Shown here in pieces: positions 26,671 to 36,486 of a stretch of 64,000 bases of DNA. Numbering within the stretch: the first letter of the stretch is position 1; the number at the start of each line of letters is the position of its first letter. This DNA comes from Pirellulales bacterium (GTDB lineage Bacteria; Planctomycetota; Planctomycetia; Pirellulales; JAICIG01). The stretch is from positions 1,392 through 65,391 of the forward strand of contig DATFDL010000776.1 of assembly GCA_035252155.1 (NCBI GenBank). The letters are read 5' to 3'. Both the position numbers and the translations under genes were made by a program. The notes under the pieces are model-generated. The model saw only the letters and a list, made by a program, of their open reading frames with translations. It made no database searches and was not told the origin of the DNA.

Positions 26671-27549
26671 TCATTTCGGTTGAACCGCGGCTCGCCGCCT
26701 GAGCGGCTGGCAGCCGGGACAAAAGAACGTCGCTCGTTGGGCCTGCACGAACCGCTCGATGACTGAAGTCTCGCAACGCATACACGGTTGCCGGGCGCGG
26801 TCGTAGACACGGTGGTGATTCTGGTAGTTGCCGGCCTCGTTCAAGGCGTTGCGATAGGTGCCGTCGCCCAGCGTCGATCCCTCATAACGAATGGCTGTTT
26901 CGAGTACTTCGAGTGTGGCCGCGTGGATCGCGTGCCACTCGGCCGGTTGCAGTCGATCGCAACGACGGCGCGGATGGATGCCCGCCAGGTGCAAGATCTC
27001 CGAGGCGTAAAGATTGCCGATACCGGCCACGGCGCGTTGGTCGAGCAAGGCCACCTTGATTTCGCGGCGGCTCGCAGCCAGCCGCGCCGCCAGCTCTTCG
27101 GCCGAGATGGCCAGGGCGTCGGGCCCAATACGATCAAGTCCGTAGCGCGCGGCGAATTCGGCCGGCGACACCAGCCGCACTGAACCGAGCCCGCGACGGT
27201 CCCAAAACCAAAGTTCCGGCGCCGGGCCGGCTTCGAGCCTGAGGCCAAGTCGCAAATGCTCGCGGTCGGGCGGCTCGGTCAATAGCACCAGCCCGGTCAT
27301 CCGCGGCTCGATCACGATCGAATCGGTTTCGCGTTTGCCGTTCGCACCAAGCTCGATGACGACGCGCTTGCCGACACGGCCCAGCCGCGCAATCGGGCGG
27401 CCCACCACGCGACGGCGAAAACTCGCCAGCCGCGGCGCGATGTCGATCGGACGCAATTTGCACCGCGGACGGATCACATCGGCTACGCGGCTGCCCAGCA
27501 CGGGGGCCAAGCCGCGGCGCATCGTTTCGACTTCGGGTAATTCAGGCAT
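26671..27549 (-). CDS. mutM: Formamidopyrimidine-DNA glycosylase
   Basis: N-terminal MPELPEVE and the C-terminal zinc finger CMRCETSV...FFCPGCQ. Confidence 0.9.
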   Translation of the reverse strand: MPELPEVETMRRGLAPVLGSRVADVIRPRCKLRPIDIAPRLASFRRRVVGRPIARLGRVGKRVVIELGANGKRETDSIVIEPRMTGLVLLTEPPDREHLRLGLRLEAGPAPELWFWDRRGLGSVRLVSPAEFAARYGLDRIGPDALAISAEELAARLAASRREIKVALLDQRAVAGIGNLYASEILHLAGIHPRRRCDRLQPAEWHAIHAATLEVLETAIRYEGSTLGDGTYRNALNEAGNYQNHHRVYDRARQPCMRCETSVIERFVQAQRATFFCPGCQPLRRRAAVQPK

Positions 27550-27697
27550 CTTGCCTTCAAACTATGCTCGTGCATCGCAACACGCAAGCAGGAGTTCGTT
27601 CCCTACAGATGCTGAAGAGCGTGCTTACCCGGTTTGCTTGCCCGAACCGATTGGGCTTGCATCGTGTCCTTTCTTCGTTTTCTTCGTTGCCTTCTGT

Positions 27698-28399
27698 TCA
27701 ATTTCCGAATTCAGACTGCGGCTGCTGTTTCAAAATCTGTTCGGGCGTGCCGGTGGCGGCCACGCGGCCCTGCTTGAGCACAATCACCCAGTCGGCCAAT
27801 CGCTCGACTTCGCTGGCGGCATGGCTCACGTAGATCGTGGGCAAGCGCCATTGTGCGACCACTCGCTCCAAATACGTGAGAATGCGGTCTTTCAAGGGAG
27901 CGTCGAGCGCCGCCAACGGCTCGTCGAGCAAGAGTAGCTCTGGGCTGGCCAACAGCGACCGGCCCAGGGCGACGCGTTGCCGCTGTCCGCCCGACAGATT
28001 GCGCGGCATCCGCTCCAGCAGGTCGCCCAGTTCGAGCACCTCGACGACTTGGCCGAAATCGATGTCGCTGGCGCCGACCCGTCGCCGGCGCTGACCATAG
28101 CGAAGGTTCTGTTCGACGTTCAAGTGCGGAAAGAGCAGATGGTCTTGAAAGACCAGCCCGACTCGGCGGTGTTCGGCGGCCAGGCAGATGTTTTGGGACG
28201 TATCGACCAGCATGCGCCCGCCCAGCTCGATGCGGCCCGCTTGCGGGCGCAGTGCGCCGGCGATCATAGCGAGCACGGTGGTTTTGCCGCTGCCCGACGG
28301 CCCGAAGAGCGACGTCACCTGATGCGCGATCTGGAAGGCCACGTCCAGCTCGAACCCGCTGGCATACCGGTGGCGGCAGCAAACGCTAAGCCGATTCAC
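27698..28399 (-). CDS. modC: ABC transporter ATP-binding protein, ModC-like without TOBE domain
   Basis: GPSGSGKTT, LSGGQRQRVALGR and LLLLDEPLAALD motifs. 233 aa. It overlaps the modB-like gene by 14 nt. Confidence 0.65.
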   Translation of the reverse strand: MNRLSVCCRHRYASGFELDVAFQIAHQVTSLFGPSGSGKTTVLAMIAGALRPQAGRIELGGRMLVDTSQNICLAAEHRRVGLVFQDHLLFPHLNVEQNLRYGQRRRRVGASDIDFGQVVEVLELGDLLERMPRNLSGGQRQRVALGRSLLASPELLLLDEPLAALDAPLKDRILTYLERVVAQWRLPTIYVSHAASEVERLADWVIVLKQGRVAATGTPEQILKQQPQSEFGN

Positions 28400-29090
28400 G
28401 CAGCGACTGCCTCCGCTCTAGCAGTTCGCTGGCGATCAGGGCCGCGCAGGCCAGGGCGACCGAGAGCAGCACCAGCCGCCAGCTCCGCTCCAACCCGCCC
28501 GGCCGGTTGGTGAGGCTATAAATGGCCAGCGGAATGGTGCGTCGGCCTTCGCTGCCGCCCAACACCATGATCGTGGCGCCGAATTCTCCCAGACAGCGGG
28601 CAAAAGCCAGGATGGCCCCGGCCAAGATTCCGCGTCGGGCCAGCGGCAACGTGACGGAGAAAAAACTGTCGATCGGCCCCGCGCCCAGGCCCCGCGCGGC
28701 AATTTCGAGCCGCGGATCGACGCCTTGAAACGCCAGCCGAATGGTGCGCACCAACAGCGGAAAACTGACCACCGCCGAAGCAATCGCCGCCGCCCACCAG
28801 GTAAAGACCAGCCTTACTCCGAAGAGCCGGTCGAGCAGGCCGCCGACCGGGCCACTCGGCACGAGGCAGACCAACAACAAATAACCGGTGACCACCGGCG
28901 GCAGCACCAGCGGCAGATCGACACCAAGTTGAATGAGCCAGCGCACGGCTTGCGCGTGCCAGCGCGCCGCCGGCGCGCCGCGGGCGAGCAAATAGGCAAT
29001 CGGTATCGCGGCCGGCAAGCTGACGGCGACCGCACATACACCCACCCGCAAGCTCAGCTCGAACGCGGACCATTCGGAGGCTGTAAGCAT
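28386..29090 (-). CDS. modB: Molybdate/sulfate-type ABC transporter permease
   Basis: 234 aa, multi-TM, with the CysTW/ModB-like EAA loop region AARGLGAGPIDSFFSVTLPLARRGILAG. Confidence 0.7.
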   Translation of the reverse strand: MLTASEWSAFELSLRVGVCAVAVSLPAAIPIAYLLARGAPAARWHAQAVRWLIQLGVDLPLVLPPVVTGYLLLVCLVPSGPVGGLLDRLFGVRLVFTWWAAAIASAVVSFPLLVRTIRLAFQGVDPRLEIAARGLGAGPIDSFFSVTLPLARRGILAGAILAFARCLGEFGATIMVLGGSEGRRTIPLAIYSLTNRPGGLERSWRLVLLSVALACAALIASELLERRQSLRESA

Positions 29091-29093
29091 CTG

Positions 29094-29471
29094 CTAGCTC
29101 AGCCTGGCCAGCGCGGCGACGGCTTCTCGGGCATTGTCGATGCCGCCGAGCTCGTCGGCCAACTTTTTGGCGGCGATCAAATGGTCGATCGAGATTCTCA
29201 AGGCGCCGTTCGCACTGGGCCGGCGGCCTGGCCGCCGTCCGCGGCGCTTGGGGCGTCCACGCCGGCCGGTGCCCGCCGTGGATCTGCCCGCCCTCGATTT
29301 GGCCAGCGGATCGTTGTATTTGATTCGATTGATCAGCGAAGGCGATACCTCGTGGCCCTGCTTGCTCAGCCCCTCGCGAATTTCTTTGGGGCCGGCAGTT
29401 GGGTTGTGCGCGATGAACTCGCGGATGCGATCGCTATCGGTTGTCGCGCCGGTGTTTCTTGGTCTAGCCAT
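29094..29471 (-). CDS. Small basic protein with AT-hook-like RGRP tract
   Basis: 125 aa. The central region GRRGRPKRRGRRPGRRP contains an RGRP core. It is the first gene of the modB/modC-like operon and ends 3 nt before modB. Confidence 0.4.
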   Translation of the reverse strand: MARPRNTGATTDSDRIREFIAHNPTAGPKEIREGLSKQGHEVSPSLINRIKYNDPLAKSRAGRSTAGTGRRGRPKRRGRRPGRRPSANGALRISIDHLIAAKKLADELGGIDNAREAVAALARLS

Positions 29472-29476
29472 GGTGA

Positions 29477-30613
<1,137 letters not shown>

Positions 30614-30690
30614 AAAGCGCACTGATGATGACCGCGTCGCCTAGCTGCCGTTGACAAGCGGCGCCCGCTTCAGTACAGTCCGCGATTTCC

Positions 30691-31443
30691 ATGACCACGA
30701 ACCGATTGCAACCCACGGTATCTTGGCAACCGCCCTCCGCCAGCGGCCTGGCAGGCGCGCCACAGCTCGGCTCGGCCATCTATCGGCCGGCGCGAGATGA
30801 TCTGCACGTGGCGCTATTCGCGCCGCTGCACTACGAGCCGAACTATGCCTATCCGCTCTTGGTATGGCTGCACGGGCCGGGCGACGACGAAAGCCAACTC
30901 AAACGAATTATGCCGCTGGTGAGCGTGCGCAATTATGTCGCCGCCGCGCCGCGCGGCCCGCGCCGCCAGGATGCAACGGCCGGCAAGGCCGGTTACCGCT
31001 GGTCGCAAGCTCCCACCGAGTTGCTGTCGGCCGAGCACCAGGTGTTCGAAGCGCTCGACATGGCGCGCACGCGGTTCCATATCGCGCCGCAACGTGTTTT
31101 CGTAGCCGGCTTCGATTGCGGCGGCACGATGGCGTTTCGTCTGGCGATGGACCATCCCGATCGATTTGCGGGCGTACTTTCGTTGGGCGGTGCTTTTCCC
31201 ACGGGCCAGGCCGCCCTGCGCCGCCTGGTTGATGCCCGACGCGTGCCCATCTTTCTGGCCTGCGGACGCGACAGTCGCCGTTACGCCAGCCCCACCGTTT
31301 GCCGCGACTTGAAGCTGTTTCACAGTGCGGGCATGGACGTGGCGCTGCGGCAATATCCCTGCGGTGATGAAATTGCCCCCGCCATGCTGGCCGACATGGA
31401 CCGCTGGATGATGGAGCAGGTTACGGCCGACTCGAAAGCCTGA
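30691..31443 (+). CDS. Alpha/beta hydrolase of the phospholipase/carboxylesterase type with atypical nucleophile elbow
   Basis: PLLVWLHGPGDDESQ and VFVAGFDCGGTMAF. The position of the usual GFSQGG reads GFDCGG. Confidence 0.55.
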   Translation: MTTNRLQPTVSWQPPSASGLAGAPQLGSAIYRPARDDLHVALFAPLHYEPNYAYPLLVWLHGPGDDESQLKRIMPLVSVRNYVAAAPRGPRRQDATAGKAGYRWSQAPTELLSAEHQVFEALDMARTRFHIAPQRVFVAGFDCGGTMAFRLAMDHPDRFAGVLSLGGAFPTGQAALRRLVDARRVPIFLACGRDSRRYASPTVCRDLKLFHSAGMDVALRQYPCGDEIAPAMLADMDRWMMEQVTADSKA

Positions 31444-31444
31444 C

Positions 31445-32458
31445 CTACGGGGCGCCGTTGCCGCGAGCGGCGTCGCGGGCGACAAAATTTCCCTCGCGAA
31501 AGGCCGAGGCCATCGCCAGCGGCACTTCGGCCTCCGCCAGCACCACGCGGGCGCGGTTCTCGGCCGTCCGGGCTTTCATCTCTTGTTCCTGCGCGATCGC
31601 CACCGCGCGGCGCTGTTCGGCCCGGGCGCGGGCCACTCGAGTGTCGGCTTCGGCCTGATCGGCTTGCAAACGCGCCCCGATGTTCTCACCCACCTCGATA
31701 TCGGCGATGTCGATCGAGACGATCTCGAACGCCGTCTGAGCATCAAGTCCGCGGGCTAGCACCGCCTTCGAGATCAGGTCGGGCTTTTCCATCACAATAA
31801 AGTGATCGTCGGCCGAACCGATCGCCGTGATAATGCCTTCGCCGACGCGTGCGATGACCGTCTCCTCGGTGGCGCCGCCGATGAGCTGCTTGATGTTCGT
31901 CCGCACGGTCACACGGGCACGCACCCTCAGTTCGACGCCGTTCTTGGCGATAGCGCTGAGCGTCGCCTTCTTCGACTTTTGCGGATCGGGGCAGTCGATC
32001 ACTTTCGGATTGACGCTGGTTTGCACAGCTTCGAGCACGTCGCGGCCGGCCAGATCGATGGCCGCGGCGCGGTCGAAATCCAGATCGATATCGGCGCGAT
32101 GCGCGGCGATGATGGCTTTGATCACGCCCGGCACGTTGCCACCCGCCAGGTAGTGTGCCTCAAGGCGTCGGGTAGTAACACCGGTCGAGGGATCGTTAGC
32201 GATGCCCGCCTGCATGGCCATGATCTTCGACTGCACGATGACCCGTGTATTCACCTGCCGCAGGCTCATGCCCACCAGGCTGAGCATGCTCACTCGGGCG
32301 TTCGACATATACGCCTGAAACCAGATGTTGCCATAGAGCATCACAAGGATGCCCAAGACAAGCACCACTCCCAACAGCGCAACGATGGAGATCGCCCAGA
32401 GCAGCGAGTTTTGTGAAAGGTTGAAACCGGCGGCGAAGATCAAGAGTGTGCTTGGCAT
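31445..32458 (-). CDS. floA: Flotillin-like protein FloA (UPF0365/YqfA family)
   Basis: [56 protein letters not shown] and QADQAEAD...[10 protein letters not shown] are close to B. subtilis FloA as I recall it. Confidence 0.9.
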   Translation of the reverse strand: MPSTLLIFAAGFNLSQNSLLWAISIVALLGVVLVLGILVMLYGNIWFQAYMSNARVSMLSLVGMSLRQVNTRVIVQSKIMAMQAGIANDPSTGVTTRRLEAHYLAGGNVPGVIKAIIAAHRADIDLDFDRAAAIDLAGRDVLEAVQTSVNPKVIDCPDPQKSKKATLSAIAKNGVELRVRARVTVRTNIKQLIGGATEETVIARVGEGIITAIGSADDHFIVMEKPDLISKAVLARGLDAQTAFEIVSIDIADIEVGENIGARLQADQAEADTRVARARAEQRRAVAIAQEQEMKARTAENRARVVLAEAEVPLAMASAFREGNFVARDAARGNGAP

Positions 32459-32487
32459 GATAGGAGCGACAAGCGTGGGGTGGTTCT

Positions 32488-32726
32488 AATGCGGAATGCG
32501 GCGTGCGGAATGCGGAATGGTTTTTTAGTTCCGGCGTGTTTTGCGGTTCCGTGCAGTTCGAATGTTCGTGTACGCATTCGCAGCATATCAGAGTCTATCG
32601 GCATCGCAATGCTCCCCTTGTAAAATTAGTGGTCACAAGCCCCGCCTCGGGGCGACGCGACCTCTCTCGGCATCCGGCATTTCAATCATTCCGCATTCCG
32701 CGCTCCACATTCCGCATTTCAATCAC
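32488..32726. repeat. Octamer-armed element: (GCGGAATG)n - about 157-nt AT-richer core - (CATTCCGC)n
   Basis: AATGCGGAATGCGGCGTGCGGAATGCGGAATGG ... CATTCCGCATTCCGCGCTCCACATTCCGCATT. The right arm overlaps the mnmA stop. The left arm ends 30 nt before the floA start. Confidence 0.8.
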
Positions 32727-33832
32727 TCGATCCAGCCGCCACCCAAGACACGCTCGCCGTCATAACAAACGGCGGCCTGGCCCGGCGCGATGCCGGCGCG
32801 CGGCTCATGCAGAGCCACGTGCAGCCGCCGGTTGTCAAGCACCGAGACGGTCGCAGCCGTCGGGGCGCTGCGGTAACGAATCTGAACCGAGCAGTCAAAC
32901 GACCCGGCCGGCGGATCGATCAGCCAATTCGTCTCGCGAGCGGACAGTTCATCGCGAAGCAATTCGTGCCGTTCACCGATCACGACTCGACGCACTGCTG
33001 GTTCCAACCGTACCACATAGCGCGGCTTTCCTAGAGCCACCCCGAGTCCTTTGCGCTGGCCGATCGTAAAACCTTCGATCCCCGCGTGCCGGCCCACCAC
33101 GGCGCCGTCCGTGGTGACAATTTCGCCCGAACGGTCGTTGGCAAGGCGGCGGCGCACGAAACCGGCGTAGTCTCCGTCGGGCACAAAGCAGATCTCCTGG
33201 CTGTCTTTCTTGTCGGCCACCCGCAAGCCAAGTTCGTGCGCCATGCGTCGGATTTCCTTCTTGCAATAACCACCTACTGGCAGCATTACCCGTGAGAGCA
33301 CTTTTCGATCGACGCCAAACAACACATAGGACTGGTCTTTGCCGCCATCCAGCCCGCGGAGTAGCGACGGCGCTTCGCCAGGCGCGGTGGTCTGAAGCCG
33401 CGCGTAATGCCCAGTGGCGATCAATTCGGCCCCGACGCTGTCGGCGTAGTCGAGCAGCTTGCCGAACTTCAGCCAGTTGTTGCAGACCACGCAGGGGTTG
33501 GGTGTGCGGCCTGCCGTGTATTCATCGGCGAAGTAATCCATGATTCGCCCAAACTCATCGGCGAAATCGACGGCATAGAACGGAATGTCGAGCCGATCGG
33601 CCACACGTCGGGCATCGGCGGCGTCGCTGGCCGTGCAGCATCCCTGCTTATGTGGCGTCGCGGCGATGATCGGCAGCGACATCGATCCCGCGGAGCTGGC
33701 GTCGCAGCTTGCGGGCGAGCTTTCGCCATGCCGCATGAACAACCCGATCACCTCATGGCCGTCCGCGCGCAGCAGATGCGCCGCCACGCTGCTATCCACT
33801 CCGCCCGACATTGCCAGCACGATTCGAGCCAT
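32723..33832 (-). CDS. mnmA: tRNA 2-thiouridine(34) synthase
   Basis: MARIVLAMSGGVDSSVAAHLL PP-loop. Start trimmed to ATG 33832. The upstream 80 codons of the track ORF run through a palindromic repeat. Confidence 0.9.
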   Translation of the reverse strand: MARIVLAMSGGVDSSVAAHLLRADGHEVIGLFMRHGESSPASCDASSAGSMSLPIIAATPHKQGCCTASDAADARRVADRLDIPFYAVDFADEFGRIMDYFADEYTAGRTPNPCVVCNNWLKFGKLLDYADSVGAELIATGHYARLQTTAPGEAPSLLRGLDGGKDQSYVLFGVDRKVLSRVMLPVGGYCKKEIRRMAHELGLRVADKKDSQEICFVPDGDYAGFVRRRLANDRSGEIVTTDGAVVGRHAGIEGFTIGQRKGLGVALGKPRYVVRLEPAVRRVVIGERHELLRDELSARETNWLIDPPAGSFDCSVQIRYRSAPTAATVSVLDNRRLHVALHEPRAGIAPGQAAVCYDGERVLGGGWIE

Positions 33833-33947
33833 GCGATTCAGTGTAAGTTGGGCCTCAGGGGTGCCACAAGGCGGCAGACGTGGTATGGTGGGCCGCCTCG
33901 CGTGCCGATACTCTGATCGGTTTTGACGTTCAAAATCGGGATGACCT

Positions 33948-34037
33948 CTGTAGGGAACGCCCTCCGTGGCGTTCCGCGGGGGGCGAGTTGGCGCCGAATC
34001 GCAGGTCACGGAACGCCACGGAGGGCGTTCCCTACAG
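33948..34037. repeat. REPIN-like doublet, class A (GTAGGGAACGCC..GGCGTTCC), copy 1
   Basis: CTGTAGGGAACGCCCTCCGTGGCGTTCCG ... CGGAACGCCACGGAGGGCGTTCCCTACAG. It is nested inside an outer 14-nt inverted repeat (33912..33925 and 34070..34083). Confidence 0.9.
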
Positions 34038-34106
34038 CCGTCGCTGGGGACATTACCGGTTTTGGTCGGCAAAACCGATCAGAAGCATGCCATTTAGGGC
34101 CGCCTC

Positions 34107-35486
34107 GTGTCGCAAGCAAATCCTCTCGACCCTCCCCGCCGAATTCCTCTGCACACCAAGATCGTCATCGGCCTGCTGGTCGGCGGCGCGCTCGGATTGA
34201 CCGGCAATTGGCTGGCGACTCAGCCGGCGACTGCGGGCGTCGCAAACCCCGGCGACGCCAACGGCAACGGCCTCGACGACCGGCTCGATTGGCTCACGCT
34301 CAACATCGCCGAGCCGGTGGGCAAAATCTTTTTGCGACTGATGTTCATGGTGGTGCTGCCGCTGGTCTTTTCGGCCTTGGCCTTGGCCGTAGTCGAGATT
34401 GGCGACTTGCGGCGGCTCGGGCGGGTCGGCCTGCGAACGTTGTCGTTCACTGCGATCTTGTCGAGCATCGCGGTGCTGTTGGGCATTACGCTCGTGGGCA
34501 TAGTGAAGCCCGGTCGTTCGCTCTCGCCCGAAACCCGCGATCGCCTGGAACAGCGCTACGGCGGCCCAGCGCTCGCCGCCAAAACGGCGCACCCCAAGCG
34601 CCTGCGAGACATTTTGGTCGACATGTTTCCGGAAAACCCGTTGCAAGAAATGGTCGGCGCCATCGACGGCAGCTCGAAGGGCAACGGCATGTTGGCGGTG
34701 ATGGTCTTTGCTTTGATCTTTGGGGCGGCCATCACCGCGGCCCCAGGCCCCTGCGCCACGTTGGTAGGCTGGCTCGAGGGATTGAATGCGGTCTCGATGA
34801 TCGTGATTGGCTGGGCGATGCGGTTGGCGCCGGTGGGCGCCGGTTGCCTGGTGTTTGCCATGACGGCCCAGCTTGGCGTCGATGTGCTGCTGACGCTGTT
34901 GTGGTTCGTGCTCACCGTGCTGACGGGCCTGACGATCCATCTGCTGATCACCTATCCGGTGGTGCTGTTAGCGTTTAGCCGCATGTCGCCGCGGCGGTTT
35001 TTTCGCGGCGTGCGCGAAGCGATGCTGGTGGCCTTTGGCACATCGTCGTCCAATGCTACGCTGCCGACGGCCCTGAAAGTGGCCGAGAGCGAATTGCAGC
35101 TTCCCAAGGAAATCTCGCGGTTCGTGCTCACCATTGGCGCCACGGGCAATCAGAACGGCACGGCCCTGTACGAAGGTGTGGTCGTATTGTTCATGGCGCA
35201 AGTCTTTGGCGTCGAGTTGAGCCTTGGCCAGCAGGTTCAAGTGGTCCTGATGTCGATCCTGGCCGGCGTGGGCACGGCCGGCGTGCCCGGCGGCTCGCTG
35301 CCGCTGATTGTGGTGCTGATGCAAAGCGCCGGCATTCCCGGCGACGGCATCGGCATTATTCTCGGCATCGACCGGCTGCTGGACATGTGCCGGGCGGTGT
35401 TGAACGTGACGGGCGATTTGGTTGTCGCGACCTGCGTGGCCGGTGCTACATCCACCGGAACCACCGCAGAGCCATTGCAAAGCTGA
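34107..35486 (+). CDS. Dicarboxylate/amino acid:cation symporter (DAACS/GltP family)
   Basis: 459 aa, multi-TM, with the GTSSSNATLPTAL motif. GTG start at 34107. Confidence 0.85.
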   Translation: MSQANPLDPPRRIPLHTKIVIGLLVGGALGLTGNWLATQPATAGVANPGDANGNGLDDRLDWLTLNIAEPVGKIFLRLMFMVVLPLVFSALALAVVEIGDLRRLGRVGLRTLSFTAILSSIAVLLGITLVGIVKPGRSLSPETRDRLEQRYGGPALAAKTAHPKRLRDILVDMFPENPLQEMVGAIDGSSKGNGMLAVMVFALIFGAAITAAPGPCATLVGWLEGLNAVSMIVIGWAMRLAPVGAGCLVFAMTAQLGVDVLLTLLWFVLTVLTGLTIHLLITYPVVLLAFSRMSPRRFFRGVREAMLVAFGTSSSNATLPTALKVAESELQLPKEISRFVLTIGATGNQNGTALYEGVVVLFMAQVFGVELSLGQQVQVVLMSILAGVGTAGVPGGSLPLIVVLMQSAGIPGDGIGIILGIDRLLDMCRAVLNVTGDLVVATCVAGATSTGTTAEPLQS

Positions 35487-36486
35487 CCACCGCCCAGGCG
35501 GTCAGGCCAAGGCATTCCCGCCACAATGCCATCGCGCCGGCGCCTTCGAGCATCACGCCACGCAAGGCGTCGTTAAGCATGGTCAGTGGCAAGAGCTTGA
35601 TGGCCGGCTGAACCACCGCGGGAAATCGCTCGGACGAAAAGAACACGCCCGACAGCAGCCACATCGGCAGCATCACCAGGTTCATCAGACCAGAGACCGT
35701 TTCGATGGTGCGAGCGCGGCTGGCCACCAACAGGCCGATGCCCGCGAACGCCAGCGAACCGAGCAAGATAAACAGCCCCAGCGTCGCCAGATTACCGTAA
35801 ATCACCACGCCGAACGCCAGCCGGGCGAAGATCAGAATGATAAACACTTCGGGGATGATGAACAGCAGCCGGCTGGCCATGACAGCCGCCAGAAAATGGC
35901 TGCGCCGCATGGGCGTGGCCAAAAACCGTTTGAGCAGCTTGCGGATGCGCATGTCGACAATCACAAATCCCACGCCCCACAGTCCGCCTCCCATCAGGCT
36001 CATGCCCAACAGGCCAGGCACCAGAAAGTCGATGTACCGTCCGCCCGGCTCGTCGAGCGGCTGCTCTGCGACGCTGGCCGGGTCGCGCCGGCCGGCAGCT
36101 CGCTGCAAGACATCGTCTACCGCGTTGCGGGCCAGCAGGCTCTCGGGCCGCGTCGGATCGTAGGCATATTGGTAGTGCGGCGCCGAGGCGTGCGTGGCGG
36201 TCACGATCACCTCGGTCTTTCCGGTGCGCAGCCGCAGCCGGCACGTATCGGCGTCGCGAATCGCGGCAACGAACCGTGGCTCGGCCTGCAAGGCATCCAG
36301 CACCGCGCCGGCCGCCGCCGTCTGCTCAATATCGACCGTGATCCGCTCGACCGGCTTGTTGCGAAAGGCGATGCCCAGGCCGATGGTCATCACTAGCGGA
36401 AATCCATAGACCCAAAACACCGCTTCGGGCGTCCGTGTGAACTCGCGAAAACGCGCCAGCACAAGTTGCACAAAAGGATGACTCAT
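35446..36486 (-). CDS. ABC-2 type transporter permease
   Basis: 346 aa with six predicted TM segments. It overlaps the upstream ATPase gene by 4 nt. Confidence 0.75.
   Translation of the reverse strand: MSHPFVQLVLARFREFTRTPEAVFWVYGFPLVMTIGLGIAFRNKPVERITVDIEQTAAAGAVLDALQAEPRFVAAIRDADTCRLRLRTGKTEVIVTATHASAPHYQYAYDPTRPESLLARNAVDDVLQRAAGRRDPASVAEQPLDEPGGRYIDFLVPGLLGMSLMGGGLWGVGFVIVDMRIRKLLKRFLATPMRRSHFLAAVMASRLLFIIPEVFIILIFARLAFGVVIYGNLATLGLFILLGSLAFAGIGLLVASRARTIETVSGLMNLVMLPMWLLSGVFFSSERFPAVVQPAIKLLPLTMLNDALRGVMLEGAGAMALWRECLGLTAWAVVSFAMALRWFRWM

Noticed and set aside
33833-34072. N-terminal extensions of track ORFs that encode ..GNALRGVP.. or ..RNATEGVPY.. peptides (also 38462-38737 and 45443-45600)
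   Set aside because: These peptides are simply translations of the class A palindromic repeat. The real genes (mnmA, the methyltransferase) have well-placed internal ATG starts matching family N-termini.
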